Shown: positions 49,908 to 62,649 of the stretch, piece after piece
Numbering within the stretch: position 1 is the first letter of the stretch
Layout: every line of letters starts with the position of its first letter
NCBI GenBank assembly: GCA_001600695.1
Contig: BCKQ01000001.1
Coordinates: 1,200,362-1,264,361 of the forward strand
Direction: 5' to 3'
From: Ascoidea asiatica JCM 7603
Lineage: Eukaryota; Fungi; Ascomycota
Length of the DNA: 64,000 nucleotides
Notes under the pieces: model-generated
Database searches by the model: none
The model's input: the letters and a program-made list of their open reading frames with translations, nothing else
Told to the model about the DNA's origin: nothing
Program-made: the position numbers and the translations under genes

Positions 49908-50473
49908 TAATTTCTATTGAATTTTCATTAGTTTGTAAAATATTGACAAATTTTTTTTTTATTTTTACTTTTTGTATTTTTAGATCTCTATTTTTTTTCA
50001 TTTTTTCTTGAATTAGTTTTCAGTTGCTACAATTGTAAATATTTAGAATTTTATTTCATTCACTTCATCTCATTAACTTTTTTTTTTAATATAAATTTTT
50101 ATAAATATTTATTAATATTTTGGACTTTGAAGTAAATATACAGATTTTTCGAGTTCTACTAACCCTTTAAACGAGTTTGCCTAAAAAAGTTCTTAAAGCA
50201 TTAATGTTCATTTGATCTCATAATATAGAATGTAAAGGTAGTATATAAAATATTTAACTATGAAAAATAATATGTAAAATATTGATATTTGAAGAAACTT
50301 AGTTATAAATTAATCAAGATAAGAATTAAAAAGCAAATCATATTTTTTTAAAGTTTTAAATTTTTTAAAAGAAATTCATGAATTATGAACACAATATGCT
50401 TATTAAACAAGCAAAGAATTCAGAAGAACATGGTAAAATATAAATAATAGAAAAGAAAAATTGAAAAAAAATA

Positions 50474-51994
50474 TCATATCTTCACTAGTTTTGATGCAGA
50501 TGAATCAGCAACTGTTGAAAGTCTTCTTTTATTTGCACTTATTATCTTTTCTTTGGATATATTTGAACCTTCACTAACTTCATTTATATCATTATTTTCT
50601 TGATTTTGTAGTATTATATCTTCAACTTTGCTATTATTGTCAATTTCAATATCCATATCATTCGAAATTAAATTTTGAGTTTGTGATTGAATTTCAGTTA
50701 AATTTTGAGTTTGACTTTCAATTTCGCTTTGAGCTAATTTCTCCAAATTATTATTAATAATGTCATTATTAATATCAATCTCATTATCAATTTCTTCTCC
50801 TATGTTAAAAGAATAAACATTATCAAAAGGAGTTTCATTTAAAGAATCTTTTGTATGTAAAGTTCTTTCGATATATTTCAAATTACTATTTTTATCTAAT
50901 AAAATTATCGTTTGACATCTTGTACCATAATATTTACCAAAGATTTTATCAGCAGGTACAGAATCATTATCTTCATTTGAAGATATTGGAATTTCCGAGT
51001 TTGAATTTTTCTCAACCTCGAAAGGAGGAATAAAAATTGAATTTTTTAAATTATTAAAATTTTCAGAAGAATCATTACTATTAATTTGAAAAGAATTAAA
51101 AGATAATAATTCAAATAATTTTTGGGTTAATTTTGATTCATTCCAATTTTCATTTATTGAACTTGTTATTAAATTATTTAGTAAATTTTCACCAATTAAA
51201 GCCTTTGGCCAAGGTTCTTGAAACAAAGAATTTGATAATCCAATATATTTTTTAGTCGAATATATTATATTATTATTGTTTTTGGTATTAAAATCATCAA
51301 TTTTATCATCATTATTGGTATTTTTAGTATCATTGGTATTTTTTTCATTGTTTTTAGTATTATTAGTAGTTATTGGTATGGGGTTTTTATTGGAATCGAT
51401 ATTATTGAGAGGGGATGAAGAATTCATATTTGAATTTGAATTTGAATTTGATAGAGAAGAGTCTGATGATTCTTCTGAATCATTATTTGATTGATTTAAA
51501 TGATCTTTATCAAATATTATAACTTCATCACCACGATTTGAAATAATTTTTAACGGATTTATATAACAAGATTCATTACCAAAATTATCAATAAATTTAT
51601 TTAGTTTTAAATCACCAAATAATAAAGAAAAACCACCAATTTGTTCAGTGAATTTTTCTTTTGATTGATATAATTCATATAATTCATTTTCCCATTGATT
51701 TGAATTTTTTAAAGATTTTAAAAATTGCATTGGTATTAAACCTCTTGAAATTTTACCATATGAATTTTTAATATTATTTAAATTTTCATGATAATTTACT
51801 AAAACTGCAATTTTACCAGATTTATTAACACCAATCCAAGTACCTTGCTCTTTTCTTGCTAAATCATATGGAGATAAAATATTATTTGAATGAAAATGAG
51901 CAGTTGTTGTTGGTCTAATGAAATATTCGTCCCTATTTGATAATAATATTAATGGATAGGAAGGATGTTGAGAAGTTGTTAATAATATACACAT
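50474..51994 (-). CDS. TANGO2/NRDE family protein (YGR127W-like)
   Basis: MCIL...LSNRDEYFIRPT, GTWIGVN, SRG, GLSNS...PWPK, YYGTRCQT. Confidence 0.92.
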   Translation of the reverse strand: MCILLTTSQHPSYPLILLSNRDEYFIRPTTTAHFHSNNILSPYDLARKEQGTWIGVNKSGKIAVLVNYHENLNNIKNSYGKISRGLIPMQFLKSLKNSNQWENELYELYQSKEKFTEQIGGFSLLFGDLKLNKFIDNFGNESCYINPLKIISNRGDEVIIFDKDHLNQSNNDSEESSDSSLSNSNSNSNMNSSSPLNNIDSNKNPIPITTNNTKNNEKNTNDTKNTNNDDKIDDFNTKNNNNIIYSTKKYIGLSNSLFQEPWPKALIGENLLNNLITSSINENWNESKLTQKLFELLSFNSFQINSNDSSENFNNLKNSIFIPPFEVEKNSNSEIPISSNEDNDSVPADKIFGKYYGTRCQTIILLDKNSNLKYIERTLHTKDSLNETPFDNVYSFNIGEEIDNEIDINNDIINNNLEKLAQSEIESQTQNLTEIQSQTQNLISNDMDIEIDNNSKVEDIILQNQENNDINEVSEGSNISKEKIISANKRRLSTVADSSASKLVKI

Positions 51995-52415
51995 TATTGA
52001 TTTTGATTATCAGAAATTAAATAAAATTCTATTGATTTTGACAATTTATAATTTTGTTTTTATATTTTTGAGATACTGTTTCTTTAGAAATACTTTTGAA
52101 ATACTTTAATTTAATTCTTTTTTTGAATCTTCTTTTTATTTGTTTGAATTCTTTCAGTCAAGTTTTATTCTGATTTTTTTTTGTCAATTGAATAAATGGA
52201 TATTTTAACTAAGTAATATTTTTACAAGATTTAATCAATCAGTGAAAACAATAGGAATATGTTGATATAATAAAATATGTAGGAATGGTTAAATTGCTGT
52301 GAATTAAAGGTGGGATAGATTGCCTGAAGAGAGTCTAATATTTATTTTTTAAAGATAAACTGGAGGATTGTTTTCGAGGTCTGAGGGAAGAAACAATTCA
52401 AAAGGCCCAACATAG

Positions 52416-52698
52416 TCACGTGATATTGCATTCCGAGCCAAATATTCCCGGATTTTTCTTGCTCGTGATAATAACCCTCGTAATTTGTTTTGTATCACGT
52501 GATTTATTGAAATGAAATTGTTTTTCAAATAATATCTGAAACAAAGAAATTGTGGCGTATTAAACACTAGAGACTGAAAAGATAAAAATGGTGTTGCGCG
52601 CAGTACATTATTGTACAGATTAATAAGTCTTTCCACATTCCTGATTTTTTTCTATGTACACAAATTTGTTAATCGTAGGGAAAAGGCTGATTGTGGCG
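52416..52698. promoter_or_regulatory. Two TCACGTGA sites plus two ATTGTGGCG motifs upstream of the TANGO2-like gene
   Basis: GTCACGTGAT at about 52416, ATCACGTGAT at about 52494, AAATTGTGGCG at about 52547, GATTGTGGCG at about 52689. Confidence 0.5.
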
Positions 52699-53660
52699 GG
52701 GTGCTTGTCTGTGTTTTCGGGACTACGTTTAAACCTCCTGTTTAGACGGGCAAACGCAAATGAAGTTTCGCGTTGTCATTTGTTTGCATTTGCGTGTGTG
52801 TTCTGGAAGAACAAGGTTTTGGATGTGTTTGAAAAAGTGTTCGCTAAGATAGAAAAACTTGAGAGAGAAAAACTTTAGTGGTACAGTAAATACAGTTACA
52901 GTACAATTTTTCCCAGTCAATATTTTCCCAGTCATTTTACTATTGCCAGTATTGCTAATAGTAAAAGAAATATTAATATTAATAGTAGTAATATCAAAAT
53001 AAGTACCTTGATAAAAACTAAACTAAAGAGTTTTATTCTAACAAGAAATCATATAATAATTGAAATTACCTTCAAAAAACTTCTTGAGATTTCAAATATA
53101 TTGTTTATTATAGGAGATTGTTTGAATCTGTATGAAAAAAGTGTTTTTTTTGTTTAAAGTGAACCATTTGTAAAGATTCCTACAAATTTCTAATAATATA
53201 GTATTTATTTATTCAATACATACTGAAATAAAGTAAATCAAGGGTATAATAGTAAAATGAAACTTTTTGATAAAAGAATGATTAAAATTGAATAATAAGT
53301 AGAGCTTGAGATTGTATGCAAGCTAGCTGATATATTAGGTAGTTGTTATTTTCTACATTTACTTCAGTAAAAAAAGAATGAAATATTCTTTATAGGTCAT
53401 TGTCTTATGCTTTATTCAAAAGCATTCAATTTTCCTGGGTTGTTTTAGTGATTAATCTATAATGATTATAGGTTATTATCATTTGAATACTAAAGATGGA
53501 CTATTATTCTTAATTTTTAAAAGGGTCTGAAAGAATTCAACTCTTTTAAACGTATATTACTATACTTATATAATTATATAGATATTTTTTTAGAAGCTTT
53601 ATGTGTCTTCTTAATAAGTCTTTGGCAAAGAGTAAAATATGAGTGTATTATTTATGAGAT

Positions 53661-54090
53661 TATATTGCTTATACTGCTTATCGTGGCTAACTTACTTATA
53701 TTGTTTATATTGCTTTTTGTGGCAATTAAAGTTATTATATCTATTCAGGATATTCAGGATATTCCTATATTTTACATATTCTACATATCATGTTTATGTT
53801 GATATTTTGCTTATTCTACTTATTCTACTTATTCTGTTTTTTTCTACTTATTCTGGTATTTCTGGTTATTTTAGGTGTGTTTGTTATTCTGAATACTTTG
53901 CTTATTAGATTAATTTTGTTATTCTTGTTATTATGAATATTCTTGCTCTTTTTATTCTGGATTTTATGGATATAATTGAAAGAATGAATATGTTGGATAT
54001 GTTAAAAATCATGATTAAAATGGTTTTAATGGTTATAATGGTTACAACTGCTATAATGGCTAGTTTAATTCTTGTGGTTATTATGGTTCA
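53661..54090 (+). repeat. Degenerate 9-nt periodic array (TAT-NNN-NNN), about 45-50 units
   Basis: tat tca gga tat tca gga; tat tct act x2; tat aat ggt tac aac tgc tat aat ggc; contains stops and frameshifts. Confidence 0.7.
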
Positions 54091-56177
54091 ACATGTATTT
54101 CTACACAAACCCTTCTTCAAGCATAACTAACCTACAGGTGTGTACAAGAATTAAGGGATATTTAGAGCTTTTAAAAGGAACTCAAAAAGAAAATTCTACA
54201 AAATTCAGGACTCAAAATAAACTGAATTTCAATTGGGAACTTAACCTAAAATTCAATTTAAAAATTCTTTTAAGAAACTGATTCCAAAATGAATTGAATT
54301 CCAATTTAAAGAAAATTTCAAAATGAATTCAAAGTTAAATCAAATTCAATTCAATTTCAATTCAAAAACACTTCAATTCCAATTCAAAATAAATTCAACG
54401 TCAAGCTATTGTGACTCTGTGTACCAGGAAGTGAAACACAAAATGAATTATCTCCAAGATCAGCAGAATTTACAAGACTTCTGAGATTCTTTTTACTTTT
54501 AGTGGTGTATTCCAATCTCAATAATCAGCCAAAGGACTTGTTGATGGAGCCTTGAGATAATTAGGTTCCTTGTAGGGAATTTGAGTTCTTGGTGCCTTTA
54601 ATTGAATTCAATTATTGCCTGGTTGCTTCTCGCCGTTTGAGCCTAAATTTAAGCTTGAATGGATTCGATTTTGGAACTATTTACGAGAGATTGAAAAGGA
54701 TTAAGTCATCAAAGAACAATCCAAGTCGAGTCAATGGAATGGAATGAAATAAATTGGAAGGAATTGGAACTCAAGCTAGCAAAGGTTACGTAAACTCAAC
54801 CCACTTCAATTAATGCTGGATATTACTGGCTCATTCAAATTCAGCTGATGCAATTTTTTTTCTCTTAATCACACCATTTCACAAAGCTTCCTTTTTTTCG
54901 GTGAAGACTCGAATTTCAACCACTCATAGAAATCAAAGACATTTTCGTGCCAGGGCTGGCTCAATACCTGTTTTAGTTCTTGTTTTAGTATTTGATTTAG
55001 TACTTGACTAAGTACTCTTATTTCCAATATCGCTCAACCCCCTGCAGAATTCTAGTGGTTTCATTATTTCCTGTAATTTCATATCAGACAGTATAAGTAC
55101 TCTGTAAAATCATCTGTATCCTTTTTTGTTTGCTTTTTTTTATTTGCTTTTTTTTTGTTTGTTCCTTCTTACTTTATCTGAATTACTTTAAAACTTCGAT
55201 ATTCTCAGTGACTTTCAGTGACTTCAAGTGAATCTTTTTCACTCAAAATTCTATCATTTTCAAAGTTAATTTGTTATTTATTACTGAAAGTAATGTGATC
55301 TTTCTTGAGTATTTTATGTTTCTTTTTTATTCACAAATCTATTCTTATAACTTATAATTTATCTGTTTTATTCTTTCAAATTAGAATATGATTCAAGTTC
55401 AATTATAAAAAGAATTTTGTACTCACATTTTAAAAGATCAGCATCTATTTCAATATTGCTACTACTCAATATTGGTCGTGGTATGGAATTTCACTACATG
55501 TTGAGTGATATTACTAAAGTCCACTTGTAAACTCTCCTTAAATATATAGCTTAGTTTACTTATACTTATTCAGAATATACTATGTAAACAATTAGTAATT
55601 GGAATACAAATAATCAAATATCTACAATCAATAATCAACAACCAATTTCAAACAATCAACAATCATTAGTTAATAATTACAAATTACTTTTTAATAGAAA
55701 AATTTATTGGAAATATAGATATAGATATACACAAAGAAAAATTGAGTTAAAAGAGTGAAATATAATAATTTATACATAGCTAGAATATAGTCAAAATAAC
55801 ATAATAAAATAATATAAAGTATAATAGAACAAAGATAAACTGATTGAAAGTTTTATAAATACACATATAAAACACATAACAGATAATGAATAACTAAAGA
55901 TAATGAGACTTAATAATATAAAAGCATTCATAATAAAAGAAGAACTTCAAAAAGATCGAGAACAAAATCAAGACTAAAGTAATAATGATAATGATAAAAG
56001 ATAATAGATAAGACAATAAGACAAATAGAAAATAAGAAAATAAGAAAATATAAGAACAAAAATATGAAAAGATTGGTTATTTTAACTAGAATATCAATAA
56101 TCAATAAATAGGTAGAAAAATAGATAGAAAAATAAATATAAAAACAAAAATTAATCTTCATTTAATCATTTAATCAT

Positions 56178-57872
56178 TTATAATAATCTAATTCCAGTAC
56201 TTTCTTGAATATTAATAGATAAATCATAAATCTCTTTTTGTTCTTCAAGTCCTTTCAAATATAATTGTGCTGTTTTAAGTGCTAATATTGATGGTCCCCA
56301 AATGATTCTATCATTGGATTTCAAAATACCAATGATTTCTTTTGAATGAGTTGAAACATATGTCATAATTTCTTGAAATCTATGTTTTTTAAAATTTGCA
56401 TTATTTTGAGCACTATTATCACTCACATTAACTTTATTTTTATTATCTTTGAATATATCAACTTTTGAAATTAAAGAAGATTGTAATAATAAGGAATTTA
56501 AATGATAATTTATTCCACATAAAGCTGATATTTCAGAGCTATATAAAATAACTGGGAAATTAGAATTTAATAAATGATTTTTTTTCTCATTAACAACTGA
56601 TAATTTTCTTAATGATGATGGTAGATGAATCATCCAGATATCATTTAAATTTTTTAAATAAATCCATTTTTTATAAATTAAATTTTTTTCAATTTCTGAT
56701 ATTGATTGAGTATATGAATAATTAACAAAATTATTAATTAATGATTGAATATACATAATTTTATGTAACCACCAAAGATCGGTTTTGATAGAATTATTAT
56801 TTGGATTTAAATTAAAATATTTCAATTCATTAAATCGAGACCAAAGTTGATCACCATTAAAAGGGTCAATAACTTCATTACTATAATTTTTTGAATTATC
56901 TTTTAAACAAAGTCTATAAGTAACAGCATTAAAAATTAAATCATTAATATTTGCCCATCTTGAAGAGTTTTTCCATTTCATTGAAACCATTAAATCTAAT
57001 TGATTTATAAGTATATTACAACTTTTTAAAATTAAATTATCTTTAATTAAAAAATTATTGATTTTTAAAGATAAAATATCATCTAAAATTTGTCTTGAAT
57101 TTTTTAAATTGCAAACTAAACGATGATTATTACCAAAATTGAAATCCAGTATTAATTCAAAAATATTTAAAAGTATTGAAGAAATTAAAGCAGTATTTAA
57201 ACAATATAATTTTAAAAAAATTTGATTTGGATTTTTATAGATAGTTGAATTTTTTAATAAAAGATTAAATGAAATTGCAGATTCTTTATAATATTGATAA
57301 CAAGTTTTTAAATTTTTTTTATTTGGATTTGAACGATATGAACATATTGAACCACAAGTTAATAAACATCTTAAAATTAAATTTGAATTTTTATGAGGAA
57401 GATTTGCTAAAGAGATTTTTGGTAAAATTTCTGTAAATAAAGGAATTGAACAATAAATATCAAGCCAAGATAATTTTTCAATGAATATATTCACTAGAGT
57501 TGCTTTATGAAATTCAAAAGCATTTTGAGAATTCAAAGGAGTTTGAGTATTTTGAGGAATAAGAGGAGTTAAAGAAGCAAGAGAAGCTTGATGATTTAAA
57601 GGATTTTGTAAAGAAATATTTGAAGCAGAAGCAGAAGTAGAATATGGATAAGAAGAAGAAGATAATGAAGGTAATGAAGATGAAGAAATAGAAGAAGAAA
57701 GTAATGAAGTATAGTCTATATCCAAAAAATCACAACAAGATTTTAAATTTTCATTTGTTAAACTATTTGAAGTGAAAATTATATCATTTAAAGGTTTGGA
57801 TTTAGTATGGGCTTGATATTGTGAATTTGACAGATTAAGAAAGGAAAGTAAATCAACTGAACTCGGATCCAT
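56178..57872 (-). CDS. Fungal transcription-factor-like protein (zinc-cluster regulatory region, no Zn2Cys6 domain seen)
   Basis: 564-aa ORF; FIEKLSWLDIY...FTEILP...ILRCLLTCGS...YYKES...ISSILLNIFE pattern typical of fungal TF regulatory domains; A-rich start context. Confidence 0.65.
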   Translation of the reverse strand: MDPSSVDLLSFLNLSNSQYQAHTKSKPLNDIIFTSNSLTNENLKSCCDFLDIDYTSLLSSSISSSSLPSLSSSSYPYSTSASASNISLQNPLNHQASLASLTPLIPQNTQTPLNSQNAFEFHKATLVNIFIEKLSWLDIYCSIPLFTEILPKISLANLPHKNSNLILRCLLTCGSICSYRSNPNKKNLKTCYQYYKESAISFNLLLKNSTIYKNPNQIFLKLYCLNTALISSILLNIFELILDFNFGNNHRLVCNLKNSRQILDDILSLKINNFLIKDNLILKSCNILINQLDLMVSMKWKNSSRWANINDLIFNAVTYRLCLKDNSKNYSNEVIDPFNGDQLWSRFNELKYFNLNPNNNSIKTDLWWLHKIMYIQSLINNFVNYSYTQSISEIEKNLIYKKWIYLKNLNDIWMIHLPSSLRKLSVVNEKKNHLLNSNFPVILYSSEISALCGINYHLNSLLLQSSLISKVDIFKDNKNKVNVSDNSAQNNANFKKHRFQEIMTYVSTHSKEIIGILKSNDRIIWGPSILALKTAQLYLKGLEEQKEIYDLSINIQESTGIRLL

Positions 57873-60800
57873 TTTTTTTAATTTACAAGTTTTAATAAGA
57901 ATTGAAATATATTTATGATTTATTTTTGGAAATATTTATAATTAAAACTTTATAATGATATCTATAATTATATATTCTTTTGAATTTTATTGAATTTTGT
58001 TAAAATTTGAATATAATTATCAGTTATTTTACTTTTTATATCTTAATTTATTAGGGGTATTCTAGTTATCTTTATCTATGGTATATTAATGAAGATAAGT
58101 ATAAAGATTTGTAAAAATGTATGTATGTGATTATGTATATATTGAATAATTTATTTGTGTATATAAAATAAAATAAAATAAATATATGATATAAATGTAA
58201 TATATACAGTATTTATAAATGATTATTTATAATTTAAATAAACATTTAAATAATTGATTGAGTAAATGATATGATAATTGAATTGATAAAATAAAGATAG
58301 AAAAAATAAATAGGATATAAGCAACTATTTATATAACATATTGATAAAGAAATTTATAGATAATTGTAGTATAATATAATACAATATAATATAATATAAT
58401 ATATATAGAATATTTGAATAAATTAAGAAATAAAGAAATTGAATAAAAATTAGGAATTTAATAACTTATCAAAGTAAAAATTTCGATAAATTAGAAAATT
58501 TTGAAAATTAGGAATAAAGTAAATCTTGAATAGAATTATAATATTAATTATAATTGAAATCTTAAAATCTTGAAATCTTGAAATCTTGAAATCTATTCTA
58601 ATTAGGAATATGAATAAGAAAGGGAAATCTGAAATAATATTCAAACTAATTAATTTCGAATAAAAAGAATCTTTGAGTCATTGGAGATATGAATGAATTA
58701 TTAAGAAATGGAACTAAAATAAAAAATTAATCAATTCGGATTGATAGATAAAAGTTTAGAAATTTTGTAAAAATTGGAAAAAAAAATGGAAAAAAAAAGG
58801 AAAGTTGAAAGTTGAAGAAAGAGATTGATTGATATTGCTTGCTGTATACTATTTATATACTTGAAGAAAGTACTCTAATCCTGCAAAATATATAATATTT
58901 TGAAATAATATTATAATATTATTATGATATGATTGACTAACAATAATATATATTATAAAACAAAAACCTTTTTTTTTTTTTGATAAATTTTGATAAAATC
59001 CGAGATTTTGTAAAGGGAAATAAGAAAACATGAAAAAACAATCGAAAAACAAAGCGAAATCAGAGCAAAAAAAGAGTAAAAAAAGTGTTGTTAGTGATCT
59101 CAATAATCTCAGAAATCTCAGAAAGCTCAGTAATCATAGTAATCTGAACTCGTAACTAGTGCAGAAATCGTAAAGGAAAGAAATAAAAAGGTGTGATGAT
59201 AAACCCTACAACAGATTTTTACATGATCATTTCATCTTTCAAGGTCAGACAGAGATTTTATGGTTCAGTGATACAAAAGTATAGTAAAATATTAAAAAAC
59301 ACATTGTAAATTATATGTAGAATATTGTAGAATATCATTATCAAATTAAAAAATTAGTTTCCTTGATAAAAATGGACGAAATAGATATCTATTTTTATTT
59401 TCGATTTCGAAATCATTAATATTAACATTATTAATAAATTCATTTCAAACTAAACTAACTAATTCAAGTAAGTCAACTAAATAAAACTAACTAAATTAAC
59501 TAAAGTATCAATTTTCCAATTGAGAAGTTAGCGATTTTTCCCCTATTTGATTAAATTTTCAAATGGTTTCTTCTTCAGGTGAAGCCCATCGGCTAAAGCT
59601 CAATATTTCAAACTAACCTTAGACCAATTTCAAAAGATAATATTTGATATTAAATGATATCAAAATAATGATAAATAATGACAAATAGTGATAATCATTG
59701 AATTATATTATAAAAAATAATGAATATTTAATAATAGAAGATAATAGAAGATAATACACTACAATAAATAATAATAAAAAATAATAAATTTGGTGGTGGC
59801 TCTTGTGAACACTCTGATCACAAATTGGATCATCCTTCGAATTAAACAAAGATTTACCGATTAGTAAGCCGATTTGTAAATTATCCCAAATCTAAAAGGG
59901 TAGTAATAGTATAATTACCGAATTATATTAATTTACGGCCTATTGTTCCAAACTCCAGGCTGCAACGGCACTTTTCAAATACTCTTTTCAAACTTCCAAG
60001 CGTCAGGACGTTTTTGGGGCAAGTTTTCGTTTAGTTGAAATCGGGAAAATCCCTCATATCCGAATTTGCATACAGTGGACAATCTTTGTGACCTGGCTGT
60101 TTCAGAGAAAAGGGAGAAGCGCTGCACAAAAAGCTTCGGTGCCTTGGCTAACTGCGTGACGCTTGGCTTTAGCTTTTGTGTACTTCTGTAAAACTAAATA
60201 AGCCGTTTACTGCATGCACTGACTCTTGTAAACTTTTTCAAACCTTTTTTGTTAAGACAAAAAAAAACTTCAGTAACTTTAGAAACTTCCGAAAACATCA
60301 GAAAACTTCATAAAGAAACATTACGCGGCGCGGCAGACTATTTAACTTGCGCTTGTATACTTCTTTAGACGCAAGCCACTAGATATAGTTCTTGAACTTC
60401 ATCTAATGCATGCTAAAAATGGAAATTCTTTTCTATGAAATTCTTTTTCCTATTATTATAATCATCAACTAAACTTAATTCTTTTACTGTATACAAACAC
60501 TAAAACTGGGATTTGGTAGCGCCTCTTTATTGCACTTTAAACTTTCGTTCCTATATTTATCAATTTTTTTTTAAAGAAACTTTAAACAAATTTAAATGTA
60601 CACGGTATTTTAAGACACTAAAAATGAGTTACTTTAACCGTAGATTGTATTAGAACTTGATAATAAATTACATCACTTTGTTTTAATAGAATAGAAAAAC
60701 ATAAAAATATCAGAATTGAAGATTTGGAAAAAAATAATTGTACATGAATTATCGCAATTCTATTCTCAAACAGAAATTTTTATAGATTTATCACATTTTA

Positions 60801-62506
60801 ATTCAATCAAATCTAATCAGAATTGATTAAAAATAATATTAATCTATTGGCTTAATTGTTTCATCTTTAAGTATATATTTTTCCTATTCTTTTTTCATTT
60901 TAGCGAAAAAAGTATTTACTTTTATCTCTTTTGCGAACTATTTTATTTTCTTCGGTTCTTAGAAAAAAAAACAAAAAAAATAAAACTGTAAACTTAGTTA
61001 AAACTCGATTGATCTAAAATTGTAAGTTTATAGCTGAAAACATTATCGAGAAATTTCAAAATCTCACACTACTTATATACTAGATCAAGTATTCATTTCA
61101 AAAGAAAAATAAATCGCAATAATTCTTGATTATATGTATTACTATCAATATCAATATCAATAGTTTAAATCTTTTTTTCTGTTGTTTTTTATAAAATATA
61201 TTAAGTCAATACTGATTGAAAATTTCATTCAAATAATATTTATAAAAGGGGTTGAATAAAATTAAAAGTTTGATTACGAGAATTTATTATTGATATATTT
61301 CAACATATTGACAATAAAATGTAATGAAAACTAATGTCCCCCACGTAATTACTTTTCAAATGCTAAAATATTTCCAAATAATACAGGATTATAAATATTT
61401 AAGATGTGAGAAAACGCATCATTTCACATAACCAATTTTTCACAAAGTTCTTAGAAAATTCTGCGAGGAAGACAGTGAATTATTTTTTATAGATGTGGCT
61501 AAAAGTTATTGTAAATTAAAAACATTTGTTGAAAATTACTGAGGTTTTGTTGAATTGTACATAATTGTTTCTATTATTAGATAACTAATTCAGATTACAA
61601 ATTTCCAATTCTAATTTCAATAATACTATATGGTATTTTTTTTTGAAGAAACAGGCCAATATTCTATTTAATTTCTAACTCACATTCTTTATAGAACCAT
61701 TTTTAAGCAGAAAACCCAATTTTTCAGTACAAGACTTATAGTTAATAATAATCAACAAAACTGAAATACGTATTTTATCAGCATACACTAAATCATATGA
61801 ATTGTAAGGTGAAAAAATCATTCTCTTTCCATTTATCTATAGTTGAGTACAGTGAAATCCAAGATACACAAAAAACATGGCAATGAGTTGGTGGGTACTG
61901 CTTACAAAAGTCAGATTTTTTTTATTCAATATAAAAAAAATAATATTTATTAATAAGTTGAGGTTGTTAAAAACAAATTGAAAGATGATAATTCAAAAAG
62001 TAATAAAATTAAAAAGAAAAAAAGAAAAAGATTAAAGCTTTTTATAGTAAATTGTTTTTTTTTTTTGAAATGATTATATGATTTGCACTTGCATTAATTA
62101 AGTTTTGAAACATTTTTTTAGTTTAATTATTAATAGAAATATCACTTGAATCATCAGTAAAAAAAGTTGTGTCCTTATGTTGAACATAAATTTCCAAATA
62201 AAAGGGATATAAAGTCCTAACTTATTTTCAAATTGTTTAATTGTTTCAATTAAGGAGGGCCCAGGTAAAATTATTAAATTATTTGACATGGGATATAAAT
62301 AATTAAAATTAATAATAATGTAAAAAATGAATTAAAATGAAATGAATCAAAATAATCATAAGTGCTTCAGTAATTCTTTATATATTATGCTAGTCTCCAA
62401 AATGTAAACAAAGGTCCACCTAATAGAAAAATAAATAAACAAACACGAGAATATAAAAAAATAAATAAACAAATTAATCACGTAATAAAATTTAAAACAA
62501 AAAATT

Positions 62507-62631
62507 AAAACATATAATAAAAATTGAAACACATAATAAAAATTGAAACAGAAAAGTGAAAATATAATAAAAATTGAAACACATAATAAAAATTAAAACA
62601 CATAATAAAAATTGAAACAGCAAATTGAAAC
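62507..62631. repeat. About 19-bp tandem repeat (acacataataaaaattgaa) in the 3' region of the retroelement
   Basis: About five imperfect copies. Confidence 0.75.
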
Positions 62632-62649
62632 AAAAAAATAATCACGGGA

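Noticed and set aside
52416-52610. Point centromere (CDEI-like TCACGTG followed by AT-rich DNA)
   Set aside because: No CDEIII (TCCGAA core) at the expected distance and the spacer is not AT-rich enough; better explained as promoter Cbf1 sites.
61800-62430. 3' LTR and polypurine tract of the Gypsy relic
   Set aside because: No convincing polypurine tract or TG...CA boundaries, and no second copy in the window to define an LTR.
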